In this document: positions 9,699 through 19,200 of the stretch, piece by piece
How positions within the stretch are numbered: the stretch's first letter is position 1
Layout: every line of letters starts with the position of its first letter
From: an uncultured Actinomycetota bacterium
Lineage (GTDB): Bacteria; Actinomycetota; Humimicrobiia; Humimicrobiales; Humimicrobiaceae
Assembly (NCBI GenBank): GCA_964603595.1
Contig: CAZRVN010000004.1
Location: 12,680-76,679, forward strand
Length of the DNA stretch: 64,000 nt
Reading direction: 5' to 3'
Program-made: the position numbers and the translations under genes
The notes under the pieces: model-generated
The model's input: the letters and a program-made list of their open reading frames with translations, nothing else
The model's database searches: none
What the model was told of the DNA's origin: nothing

Positions 9699-10760
9699 AT
9701 GAAAATAGCAATTACTGCAGATATACACTTAAAAACTAAAGAAGAGTCCCCCGAGAGATGGAATGCTCTATCAAATATTCTTGATAAAATGCTCTCTGAA
9801 AATATTAATACACTTATTATAGCCGGCGACCTTTTTGATAAAGAAAGTCAGAACTATTCTGATTTTGATAAGTTTTGCACTAAAACAAAATACACCAGCA
9901 GCAATGTAAAATTCTATATAATCCCGGGTAATCATGACCCCTCTATAAGGCAGGAATATTTTACCTCCGGGAATATAAAAGTTTTCAGTAGCCCTGAAGT
10001 TCTTACATCAGAAAGTTCATCTGCGGCTTTCTTTTTTACACCTTACCTGCCGGCAAGTTCTATGGGGGAAATTATAGCCGAACATAATAAAAAGCTAACC
10101 AATACATGGATTTTGATAGGACATGGCGATTATGCATCAGGACTGCACAAACCCAATCCTTATGAACCCGGTATTTACATGCCCTTAACCAGAAACGATA
10201 TACAGTATTATAACCCCGCCAGGGTTATCCTGGGACATCTTCATAAAAAAATAAATCTCGGTAAAGTTTATTATCCCGGCTCGCCCTGCGGTCTGGATAT
10301 AAATGAAACCGGTAAAAGGAGCTTTTTAATTCTGGACGCAGGCACGCTGGAAATAACAGAAAAGCAAATTGATACCGACATTATATTCTTTAATGAAAAC
10401 CTTATATCACTCCCCACCACTAATGAATTTGAATTTATAAAAAAAGAGATAAGCAAAATGATAGACAAATGGGATATATCCAAAAACGAGATACCAAAGG
10501 TAAGACTCCGCTTAAAGATCAAAGGATATACTTCCAATAAAATAAAACTTTCCGACACAATTAATAAAGCACTAAAAGATTTTTCTTTTTATAATAATGA
10601 GCAGCCGGATTTAACTGAAGTTTCGTTATTTAATGACCCGGAAAGAATAACTATTATAGAAAATCTAAAAAATGAGATTGAAAAACTTGAATTAGAAAGT
10701 GAGATCTTCTCAAAGGAAGATATACTGGAAAAAGCACTCCACATAGTTTTAAAGCAATAA
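9699..10760 (+). CDS. Mre11/SbcD-like metallophosphoesterase nuclease (YhaO-like)
   Basis: ITADIH, IAGDLFD, PGNHD, IGHG, LGHLH, YYPGSP. Confidence 0.88.
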   Translation: MKIAITADIHLKTKEESPERWNALSNILDKMLSENINTLIIAGDLFDKESQNYSDFDKFCTKTKYTSSNVKFYIIPGNHDPSIRQEYFTSGNIKVFSSPEVLTSESSSAAFFFTPYLPASSMGEIIAEHNKKLTNTWILIGHGDYASGLHKPNPYEPGIYMPLTRNDIQYYNPARVILGHLHKKINLGKVYYPGSPCGLDINETGKRSFLILDAGTLEITEKQIDTDIIFFNENLISLPTTNEFEFIKKEISKMIDKWDISKNEIPKVRLRLKIKGYTSNKIKLSDTINKALKDFSFYNNEQPDLTEVSLFNDPERITIIENLKNEIEKLELESEIFSKEDILEKALHIVLKQ

Positions 10761-10794
10761 AGGTAACAATTATTTAAGATACAGGGAAATTTAA

Positions 10795-12927
10795 ATGGGA
10801 GTTAAAATTGATAAAATATCAGTAAAAGACCTGGGGCCAATTAAGGAATTTTTGGCCGCCTTTGGAATATTTAACCTTATTTACAGCAAGAACGAAAGGG
10901 GAAAGACTTTCTTTACTGAATTCTTAATACGCTCACTATTTAAAAATACCAGCCGCTGGAGTTATTTAAGAAGCGGGGGAAAAGGAAAGGTCACTTTAAG
11001 CGGCCTTGATAAACACCCTGTTGATTTTACCTGTTCCTCTCCAAAGAAGCTTGAAGATTACTGGGAAAAAAGTGAGAAGGGGCTCCCTCTATCCATGGCA
11101 AAACTTTTGATAGTAAAAGGCGGAGAAGCCGGGATCGAGGATAATGGGAGCATAAGCAAATTTTTAATCAAGGAAGTTTTATCCGGTATAAATATTCTTG
11201 ATAAGATTGACAGCGACAGTAATATCCAGTCAACTGTTAAGTCTGCAAAAATCACTAACAGCCGCATTGATATAAATGATAAAGGAGAAGGGAAAAAATA
11301 CCATGACATCAAAAATAAACTGGAAAAAATTGATAATCTTTTTGAAGAAATAGAATCAGGATATACACAGGGGATATTAAAAACTTATCAGCTGAAAAAA
11401 GAAACACTGCTTGATAAATTAGCAAGACTTAAACAGGCTAAAAAGCATCTTGCATATTTAATTTCAGAAGAAATCAAAAAATTAAATTCAGAGCTATCCG
11501 ATATTCCTGACAGTGAATTAAACAGCATAGAAAAAGAAATTTTTCTTTACAGAAGCAAGAAAAACACATTAAGCAAGACGGAAAAAGATTATAAAGATGC
11601 ATCTCTTAAAAGCAAAGACTTTAAATGGCTTGAAAGCGCACTATCCCATTACAGAGAGCTGCTATCAAAAAATGTAAAAAGACCGGGAAAAATCCTGCCT
11701 GTACTTTGCGGATTGTTTACAGCCAGCGGAATAGCTGCTTTCGCAGCAGCGCTTTTCATGTACCGGAATACTACAGAATCCCTTATGCTATTATTACTTG
11801 GGATCATAGGTTTCTCCTTTTTAGGTCTAATTACATCCGCACTCTTTTACTTTAAAAAACTCTATAACTTTTTAAGGCAGGCAGGGCAAAATGAAGAATT
11901 AAATAGAATAAGGGTAGAATTTAAAAAAAGAACCGGTAAAAATCTTGCAGATATCTCATCCCTGGAATCAACCCTAAACGGGCAAAGGGAACACAACAGC
12001 AGACTTTCATTATTGGAAAGCCAGATTAATCCTCTTAAAAAGGAACTGGGTGATTCTATTTTTAATATCAATCAGAAAATAAAAAAGCTCTGCCGAAAAG
12101 AAATTGGAGAAAAGGAATGGGATGAAAAAATAGAAAGTTTAAAAAAGAGAAATGCTAGTTTGAAAAACGAGGTTCATAAACAAGAAATAGAATTATCTAA
12201 ATTGCAGTTATCCGAGCAGGATTATCTTGCCGAAGAGACAGATACCGCATACAGCCGGGAAGAGCATGAAAAAACTTCAGACGAGATTGCAGATACCCTG
12301 GAAGAAATAAAAAATCAGGAAGATAGAATCCAAAATTTAAAATATAAAATCTGTGAAAAGACCGGAGATGACCCCAGCATTGGCTGGGAAGAGCTTATTA
12401 ATAATCTACAGAGTAAAAGAGGCGAAACTGAAAAGGAGCTTAAAGATATTTCTGCCGGTATAATAGCCGGCCTTACAGTACATAATGTTATTTTAAGTTT
12501 GCGCAGAGAAGAAGACCAGAAAATAAAAGAAGGATTAAAGTCAAAAGTTGTAACAGGACCTTTGAAAGCTATTACCCAGAGATATGACAACCTTACTATT
12601 AAAAATAATAACCTGATTGTTTCAGACCCCTACGACAGCTTTGATATAAAGGATTTAAGTACCGGAGCAGTTGAACAGGTAATGCTTGCGTTAAGGATCG
12701 GCTTTACCTCAAAATTATTAAAAGAAGACAGCCTGTTTTTAATCCTTGATGATGCATTCCAGCATTCGGACTGGGAAAAACGCGAAATTATTATAGAAAA
12801 GCTGGCAGAAATTGCAAAAAATGGATGGCAGATAATCTACCTCACCATGGATGACCATATAAAAGGATTATTTGAGAAAAAAGGCAGGGAATTTAAAAAA
12901 GGTGGATATAAAAGTTTCGAGTTGTAA
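10795..12927 (+). CDS. Rad50/SMC-like ATPase (YhaN/SbcE-like) with central coiled coil and two TM segments
   Basis: N-terminal Walker A variant YSKNERGKT; C-terminal LSTGAVEQ signature, LILDDAF Walker B; long coiled coils; hydrophobic segments in the middle. Confidence 0.82.
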   Translation: MGVKIDKISVKDLGPIKEFLAAFGIFNLIYSKNERGKTFFTEFLIRSLFKNTSRWSYLRSGGKGKVTLSGLDKHPVDFTCSSPKKLEDYWEKSEKGLPLSMAKLLIVKGGEAGIEDNGSISKFLIKEVLSGINILDKIDSDSNIQSTVKSAKITNSRIDINDKGEGKKYHDIKNKLEKIDNLFEEIESGYTQGILKTYQLKKETLLDKLARLKQAKKHLAYLISEEIKKLNSELSDIPDSELNSIEKEIFLYRSKKNTLSKTEKDYKDASLKSKDFKWLESALSHYRELLSKNVKRPGKILPVLCGLFTASGIAAFAAALFMYRNTTESLMLLLLGIIGFSFLGLITSALFYFKKLYNFLRQAGQNEELNRIRVEFKKRTGKNLADISSLESTLNGQREHNSRLSLLESQINPLKKELGDSIFNINQKIKKLCRKEIGEKEWDEKIESLKKRNASLKNEVHKQEIELSKLQLSEQDYLAEETDTAYSREEHEKTSDEIADTLEEIKNQEDRIQNLKYKICEKTGDDPSIGWEELINNLQSKRGETEKELKDISAGIIAGLTVHNVILSLRREEDQKIKEGLKSKVVTGPLKAITQRYDNLTIKNNNLIVSDPYDSFDIKDLSTGAVEQVMLALRIGFTSKLLKEDSLFLILDDAFQHSDWEKREIIIEKLAEIAKNGWQIIYLTMDDHIKGLFEKKGREFKKGGYKSFEL

Positions 12928-12985
12928 ATAACTGTTCTTGATTTATTCTCTTTAGTCTTTCCGATAATTTTTATAAAATAAATCG

Positions 12986-13870
12986 TTAAACCTTACCCAT
13001 GTTTTCTTCTTTTTCTTCATCACTTTGAACATCTTTTTCCGTTTTTAAACCTATGCTGGACATCTCAACAAGGGTACCGGTCGGGCATGCTTTTATACAT
13101 TCCCCGCAGAGAGTACACTTCTTATAATCAAATTCAGGTATAGCTTTCTCATCATTCCAGATTATTGCATCATATTCACATGCTTTGAAACATTTTTTGC
13201 AATGCAGGCAGCCGCTGCTACATTTTTCCCTACCGGGAATATTTCTAAGAGGCTTATAGTTACATAAATAAACCACTTTTGAGCCTGCCGGGATAAGTTC
13301 TATTGCATTCATCGGGCATTCCTTCACACAAATACCGCAGCCGGTACACTTATCCGTATCTACTGCAGCCACATGCGTTTCCTCATTAATATATATGGCA
13401 TTAACAGGACAAGCTTCAACACAATCCCCCAGCCCAAGGCAGCCATAGGGGCACTTCTTGAAACCGCCAATCATTTTTGAAGCAGTCTTACATTTTTCTA
13501 TACCACTGTAATTTCCAATTAATTCTGCATTGCCCGAACAACGGACTACTGCTTTTTTTTTCATTGCAGAAGAATCTATTTTAATACCAAGGACCCTTTC
13601 CAGTCCTTCAAGCATATCCGGCTCCTGCAGAACAGTGGTACAGGGACTTTTACTAAAAATATCTTTATCCTCTGCCAGTGCCTGTGCATAAGCAAAACAC
13701 CCCGGATATCCACAGGCGCCACAATTAGCCCCTGGCAGGTATTTTGCAATTTTTTCAGTTTTCCTTAATGAATCTGGCTCTTTGGGAAGAAACCTGTTTA
13801 CCAGAAAAATCAGTATCCCGCATATAATCCCTATTGAGCTCAAAATTATAATAATTAAACCTGTGCTCAT
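12986..13870 (-). CDS. rnfB: Rnf complex subunit B (polyferredoxin type)
   Basis: N-terminal TM, LPGANCGACGYPGC, four further CxxCxxCxxxC-type clusters. Confidence 0.93.
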   Translation of the reverse strand: MSTGLIIIILSSIGIICGILIFLVNRFLPKEPDSLRKTEKIAKYLPGANCGACGYPGCFAYAQALAEDKDIFSKSPCTTVLQEPDMLEGLERVLGIKIDSSAMKKKAVVRCSGNAELIGNYSGIEKCKTASKMIGGFKKCPYGCLGLGDCVEACPVNAIYINEETHVAAVDTDKCTGCGICVKECPMNAIELIPAGSKVVYLCNYKPLRNIPGREKCSSGCLHCKKCFKACEYDAIIWNDEKAIPEFDYKKCTLCGECIKACPTGTLVEMSSIGLKTEKDVQSDEEKEENMGKV

Positions 13871-13929
13871 AATCTAATAACCAATCCTAAATTCCTAAAA
13901 TAAAATTGTATTATACTTTCCATGCCATT

Positions 13930-14505
13930 CTATGCCATCCCATTAAATCCCAAAAATGCCATTGCAAGTAGAGCCGCAGTTAAGAAAGCTACCGGCAGAC
14001 CCTTCATGGATTTTGGAGCATCAGCAAGATCCAGCTTCTCCCTTATCCCCGACATTATTATAAGAACCAGGGTAAAACCAATGCCTGCCCCCAGAGCACT
14101 AACAACGCTTTCCAGAATTGAGTAATTCTCCGTTGAGTTTATAAGAGTTATACCCAGAACAGCACAATTAGTGGTTATCAGCGGCAGATATATTCCCAGA
14201 GCATTGTAAAGTATTATATTAGTCCGCTTGATTGTCAGCTCTACTATCTGGACCAGGGAAGCTATCACTAGTATATATATTACAATATTCATGAATTCAA
14301 CCCCATAGGGCACCAAAATATAATTATAAATAACTGATGTCGATACAGAAGCAATAAGCATAACCAGAGTCACTGCTATACCCATGCTGAAAGCATTTGA
14401 TAATTTTTTAGATACTCCGAAAAAAGGACACAGGCCAAGAAATTTAACCAGAACAATATTATTCACAAAGATCATTACTATAAATATGGTTAAAAGATTA
14501 TTCAT
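13930..14505 (-). CDS. rnfA: Rnf complex subunit A
   Basis: NNIVLVKFLGLCPFFGVSKK, GIYLPLITTNCAVLG. Confidence 0.95.
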   Translation of the reverse strand: MNNLLTIFIVMIFVNNIVLVKFLGLCPFFGVSKKLSNAFSMGIAVTLVMLIASVSTSVIYNYILVPYGVEFMNIVIYILVIASLVQIVELTIKRTNIILYNALGIYLPLITTNCAVLGITLINSTENYSILESVVSALGAGIGFTLVLIIMSGIREKLDLADAPKSMKGLPVAFLTAALLAMAFLGFNGMA

Positions 14506-15184
14506 CTTTTATCACCCCTGTTAACTTGAATAATGCCATAAGAATTCCTATTACCAGGAAAGCTCCCGCAGGAGAAATAAAAAACGCCAGCGGATATGAA
14601 GAAAGGCCCGGCAGTTGAAAAAGCTGCTTTCCGAATATCTCAACGCCTCCTGTCCCCAGCACTTCTCTTAAAAAAGAGATCATTATAAGGGCAATGGCAA
14701 AGCCCAGTCCAATCCCCAGTCCATCAGCTATAGAAAGAAGTACAGGATTTTTAGAAGCAAATGCTTCCGCCCTTCCCAGAATAATGCAATTTACCACGAT
14801 AAGAGACAGATAAATTCCCAGTGATTCATAAAGCGGCGGAAAATATGCTTCAAATACCAAGCTTAAAATAGTTACAAAAGTAGCAATTACAACAATAAAA
14901 ACAGGTATCCTGACCAGAGGAGGTGTTGCTTTTCTAATACCGGAAATTATGATATTCGAACAGAGAAGGACAAATATTACTCCTGCGCTCATCCCCAGGG
15001 CGTTGTTAACAGTATTTGTAACAGCCAGTGTAGGACAGAGCCCCAGGGTAAGTATAAATACAGGATTTGATATTATAATCCCTTTTAAAAATTCCTTCCA
15101 GAATTTTTTTCCATCATCTGTCTTTGATTTGGCCATATCCTTATTATCGCTCATCCTGTAACCTAATTCTCCCCTGTTATTCAA
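14498..15184 (-). CDS. rnfE: Rnf complex subunit E
   Basis: NPVFILTLGLCPTLAVT, RIPVFIVVIATFVT, LIVVNCIILGRAEAFA. Confidence 0.95.
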   Translation of the reverse strand: MNNRGELGYRMSDNKDMAKSKTDDGKKFWKEFLKGIIISNPVFILTLGLCPTLAVTNTVNNALGMSAGVIFVLLCSNIIISGIRKATPPLVRIPVFIVVIATFVTILSLVFEAYFPPLYESLGIYLSLIVVNCIILGRAEAFASKNPVLLSIADGLGIGLGFAIALIMISFLREVLGTGGVEIFGKQLFQLPGLSSYPLAFFISPAGAFLVIGILMALFKLTGVIKDE

Positions 15185-15211
15185 TAGATTATTAATAAAA
15201 AGATATAATTT

Positions 15212-15769
15212 TTATTTTTCCAGGTCCCCTACTACTTCAGCCATTTTACCCCGTATAGCATCCACAACAGCTCTTGAACTTATAGTAGCCCCTGTTATGG
15301 CGTCTATCTTACCGCCCTCTGACTTAAGGACAACTTCGCTTAAAGACATACCTTTAAACTGGTCTGTAAAAGAAACTTCAGCTATTCTTGCACCAAGTCC
15401 AGGTGTTTCAGCCTGTGACAGTATTGATATCCCCTTAATTTCAAAACCGGTGTCCAGACCCACCAGTATCTCAATTTCTCCGCCATAGCCATTACCGGAA
15501 GCCTTAAAAGCGTAACCGGTCTTTTCCCCGTCCTGGTATATGACATATATTTCATCTTCAATTTCATAGCGGCTCATTTGAGGAAAAATAATTTCAAGTG
15601 TTTTTTTTGTTTCTTCGGCCTTTCTTAACTCCAGCACTGGCGACGTAACACTACTTATTAACAACAGCAAACTTACAGAAATTATAACAATTACTGCCAG
15701 AAAAATAATTGGATATGCTTTATTTGATAAAAATTTTTTAAGCATTTTTCCTTTTTTTATAAAAACCAA
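15212..15769 (-). CDS. rnfG: Rnf complex subunit G (true start probably ATG 15745)
   Basis: GYGGEIEILVG, ETPGLG, DAITGATISS FMN-binding Thr motif. Confidence 0.93.
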   Translation of the reverse strand: MVFIKKGKMLKKFLSNKAYPIIFLAVIVIISVSLLLLISSVTSPVLELRKAEETKKTLEIIFPQMSRYEIEDEIYVIYQDGEKTGYAFKASGNGYGGEIEILVGLDTGFEIKGISILSQAETPGLGARIAEVSFTDQFKGMSLSEVVLKSEGGKIDAITGATISSRAVVDAIRGKMAEVVGDLEK

Positions 15770-16691
15770 ATGGTTTTAATTTAACATATTTATCAATAAG
15801 GGGAGCAAAGGCATTCATAATAAGTATTGAAAAAGATACTCCTTCGGGCATATTACTAAAATTCCTGATAAGCACAGTTAATACTCCCAGCCCTATACCA
15901 AATATTATTCTTCCTCTCCTGGTTACAGGTGAAGTTACGTAATCAGTAGCCATGAAAAACGCGCCTATCATCAGACCCCCAGCCAGAACCTGTAATAATA
16001 CATCTTTTCCCATTATAAAAGAGCCAAAAGCTACAACCCCGATATAAAATACCGGTATTCTCCAGTCTATTACATGAAACGCTATAAGGATTAATGCTCC
16101 AACCAGTATAAGCATTGCCGACGTTTCCCCCAGGGAGCCCCCGGTGTTTCCAAAAAATAAATCCTTGTATAATGAAATTTTATCCGCCTGATAGGTAAAA
16201 TTTTCTCCCAGCGGGGTAGCGCCGGTTATAGCATCATAATTAAAATTAGGAGGAATAACCCAGGTAGTCATTTCTCTGGAAAAACACATTGTCAGGAATG
16301 CCCTTCCAGCAAGGGCAGGGTTAAATATATTATATCCCAGCCCCCCGAAGGCTTCTTTTGCTATAGCTATGGCAAAAAAGGAGCCCAGAGCAGCCATCCA
16401 GAGAGGTAACCTCGGCGGAAGTGTCAGTGCAAAAAGAAGCCCTGTAATTACTGCACTTCCGTCCATTATAAATCTTCTTCTTCTAAGCTTTTTTATAACA
16501 AACTCGGTAAGCACAGCAGTTACAACACTTGTAAGTATTAAATAAATTGCGTAATATCCGAAAAAATAAATACTGGCAGCGGTAGGAAAAAGAAGAGCAA
16601 ATACTACCATATACATTATCTTACCCGTAGAGAATCCTCTCCATATATGGGGTGCATGGGAAATTAATATATTATTATTTTTCACTTCCAC
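15738..16691 (-). CDS. rnfD: Rnf complex subunit D
   Basis: FNPALAGRAFL, DAITGATPL FMN site, GSLGETS, FFMATDYVTSP. Confidence 0.95.
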   Translation of the reverse strand: MEVKNNNILISHAPHIWRGFSTGKIMYMVVFALLFPTAASIYFFGYYAIYLILTSVVTAVLTEFVIKKLRRRRFIMDGSAVITGLLFALTLPPRLPLWMAALGSFFAIAIAKEAFGGLGYNIFNPALAGRAFLTMCFSREMTTWVIPPNFNYDAITGATPLGENFTYQADKISLYKDLFFGNTGGSLGETSAMLILVGALILIAFHVIDWRIPVFYIGVVAFGSFIMGKDVLLQVLAGGLMIGAFFMATDYVTSPVTRRGRIIFGIGLGVLTVLIRNFSNMPEGVSFSILIMNAFAPLIDKYVKLKPFGFYKKRKNA

Positions 16692-16712
16692 TTTTTCTTC
16701 TTTTCCTAACCA

Positions 16713-18068
16713 TTATTTTTTTGACAGCTCACTTTTACAGGTTTTTATATACCCTACAATAGGAATATTTGCAGGACAAACATATGAACAGGCACCACAT
16801 TCAATACAATTGTCTATATAATATTCCTTACAGGCCTCAAATTTTTTCTTTTTTGTATTCCTTACATACATAAGAGGCATAAGATCCATAGGGCATGCAT
16901 CTATACATCTTCCACAATTTATACAGTTCTGCTCATCCTGCAACCTCCTTTTCTTGACCAGTATACAATTTGTTCCCTTTGTTACAGGGAAGTCAGTATT
17001 AGCAAAGGAGATGCCCATCATGGGTCCGCCGGCTATTATAGAATTAAATTCACTCCTGTATCCTCCACACTTTTCAATCAATGATCTGATAGAGGTACCC
17101 AGCCTCACTTTAAGGTTTTTAGGATTTGTAATAGCTCCTGTGACTGTAACTACTCTTTCTATTAGCGGTTTACCTTCAATTACGGCATCATATATTGATT
17201 TAGCAGTAGCAATGTTATTTACTATGACCCCCACATCCATCGGAAGTCCGCCCATAGGAACAGACCTTCCTGTTATGGTTTTTATCAGGGTTTTTTCTGC
17301 TCCCATAGGATACCTCGATTTAAGAGAAACTATCTTAAACAAATCATCAAGATTCATCATCACAATAAGTTTCTCCAGATGTTCTATGGCATCTTTTTTA
17401 TTATCTTCTATCCCTATATAAACATTCTGAGGTGAAAGCAATTTGAATATAATGTAAAGCCCCATAAGGACTTCCCTGCCTTTTTCAAGCATAACCCTGT
17501 GGTCCGAGGTTATAAATGGCTCACATTCACAGCCATTTAAAATAATTGTATAAATCTTTTTTTCCGGAGGAGGTTTAAGTTTTACATGGGTTGGGAATGC
17601 TGCCCCGCCCAATCCAACAATTCCTGCTTCTCTTATCTTTTTTAATACTTCCTCTTTATCTATACTGCCTATGATTCTTTTTAAACTAAAAAAGTCATCT
17701 GATTCTCTTATATTAAATAATTCGTCGCATTCAACCCGGGAATCTTCTCCGTCCGATTTTATAACTGCTGCATCCATTACATTGCTGGTTATCGGATTTA
17801 CCATTTTTATAATCTTTGAAACTTCTCCCGAGATGGATGAATGAATGGGGGCAGAAACATATCCTTTTGAATCGGCAATTTTCTGCCCGGTTTTAACCAT
17901 ATCCCCCCTTCTCACCATAAATTCACAGGAGGCGCCAATATTTTGCTGGAGTGGAATGACCGCTTCTCCGGGGACAGGCAAATCCTCTATCGACTTTTCA
18001 GCAGTTATTTTATTTTCAGGCAGGGATAGTCCTCTAAATGATCTTTTCTTTTTAAAAACAATTTTCAT
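16713..18068 (-). CDS. rnfC: Rnf complex subunit C
   Basis: GIVGLGGAAFPTHVKL, NGCECEPFITSD, YPMGAEK, CINCGRCIDACP, CIECGACSYVCP. Confidence 0.95.
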   Translation of the reverse strand: MKIVFKKKRSFRGLSLPENKITAEKSIEDLPVPGEAVIPLQQNIGASCEFMVRRGDMVKTGQKIADSKGYVSAPIHSSISGEVSKIIKMVNPITSNVMDAAVIKSDGEDSRVECDELFNIRESDDFFSLKRIIGSIDKEEVLKKIREAGIVGLGGAAFPTHVKLKPPPEKKIYTIILNGCECEPFITSDHRVMLEKGREVLMGLYIIFKLLSPQNVYIGIEDNKKDAIEHLEKLIVMMNLDDLFKIVSLKSRYPMGAEKTLIKTITGRSVPMGGLPMDVGVIVNNIATAKSIYDAVIEGKPLIERVVTVTGAITNPKNLKVRLGTSIRSLIEKCGGYRSEFNSIIAGGPMMGISFANTDFPVTKGTNCILVKKRRLQDEQNCINCGRCIDACPMDLMPLMYVRNTKKKKFEACKEYYIDNCIECGACSYVCPANIPIVGYIKTCKSELSKK

Positions 18069-18094
18069 TTACTTCTTAATTGTTTCTGGCAATT

Positions 18095-19156
18095 TTACTT
18101 AATATATCCTAAAATTCCGGAAGACTTATAAATTTCTCCGTTTGAATCTATTATATAGGCCTCAACATCATCAAGCGACTCGATTAACTCCAGTCCACTT
18201 TCCGGCCCCATTACAAAAACAGAAGTAGCCAGAATATCGGCCCGGGTGCAACTGTCTGCTATTATAGTTACACTCATGCAGACATTTGCAGAATATCCTG
18301 TCCTAGGGTCCATTATATGATGTACTTCCTTCTCCTCATCATAATAACGGTGATAACCACCTGAAGTAGTTACTGCTCTGTCCTTAACAGAAAATATAAC
18401 AACCGGCTCCGTATCAATATTTTCATCACTCTCCCCGTCACCGGGACTTTCCAGCTCTATGGCCCATTTTTCTCCATCAGGCTTTGCGCCTATTGTATAT
18501 ATATCTCCCCCTGCATTAACCAGTCCTCGTTCAATTCCAAACTCTTTTATTTTTTCTATCGCCTTATCAACAGCATATCCTTTAGCTATGCCTCCCAGTG
18601 TAATGGCCATTCTATCCAATTCAAATTCTATCCTGTCATCACTGGTATTAATTTTATCAGAGCCAATAATCTCAAGCGTTTCCCCTATTTTTTGTGCCTG
18701 GACTTCCTCGCTTTCCTTCCATAAACCTTCGCTCCACAAATCAAGTAAGGGCTGGACAGTTATATCAAAACAACCACCAGTGGTATTATAATATTCAATA
18801 GATGTATTTATAAGATTTAAAAATTCGGTTGAAGTATTATCAATATAACCATTTTCATTTAAAAATGAGGCTTCACTCTCCGGGTCATAAACTGATGCCA
18901 TTGCTTCAATTTTTTCTATTTCCTTAAATGCTTCTTCTATAGCATTACTGCCTGTTTCCTGGTCCGAATAAACAATTATGCTGACATAAGTCCCCATCAT
19001 TTCCCTGGTTTCTTCTATCTTTTCTATAGTTCTGAACTTACAGGAGCCAAGGGATAAAAGTAAAAAAGAAATTGCAAAAAAAACACCTATAGCAGCAATT
19101 ATTTTCATTCTACCAAAAAAAATCTTACTCATACCTTTCCTCCAATATGAAAACAT
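18095..19156 (-). CDS. apbE: FAD:protein FMN transferase (lipoprotein)
   Basis: MMGTYV, FDITVQPL, LGGIAKGYAVD, NAGGDI, TTSGGYHR, HIMDPRTG, ADILATSVFVMG; lipobox LGSC. Confidence 0.93.
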   Translation of the reverse strand: MFSYWRKGMSKIFFGRMKIIAAIGVFFAISFLLLSLGSCKFRTIEKIEETREMMGTYVSIIVYSDQETGSNAIEEAFKEIEKIEAMASVYDPESEASFLNENGYIDNTSTEFLNLINTSIEYYNTTGGCFDITVQPLLDLWSEGLWKESEEVQAQKIGETLEIIGSDKINTSDDRIEFELDRMAITLGGIAKGYAVDKAIEKIKEFGIERGLVNAGGDIYTIGAKPDGEKWAIELESPGDGESDENIDTEPVVIFSVKDRAVTTSGGYHRYYDEEKEVHHIMDPRTGYSANVCMSVTIIADSCTRADILATSVFVMGPESGLELIESLDDVEAYIIDSNGEIYKSSGILGYIK

Positions 19157-19200
19157 TATAACAATTTTATAATGTTTATATTTTAGAATTATTGATGATT

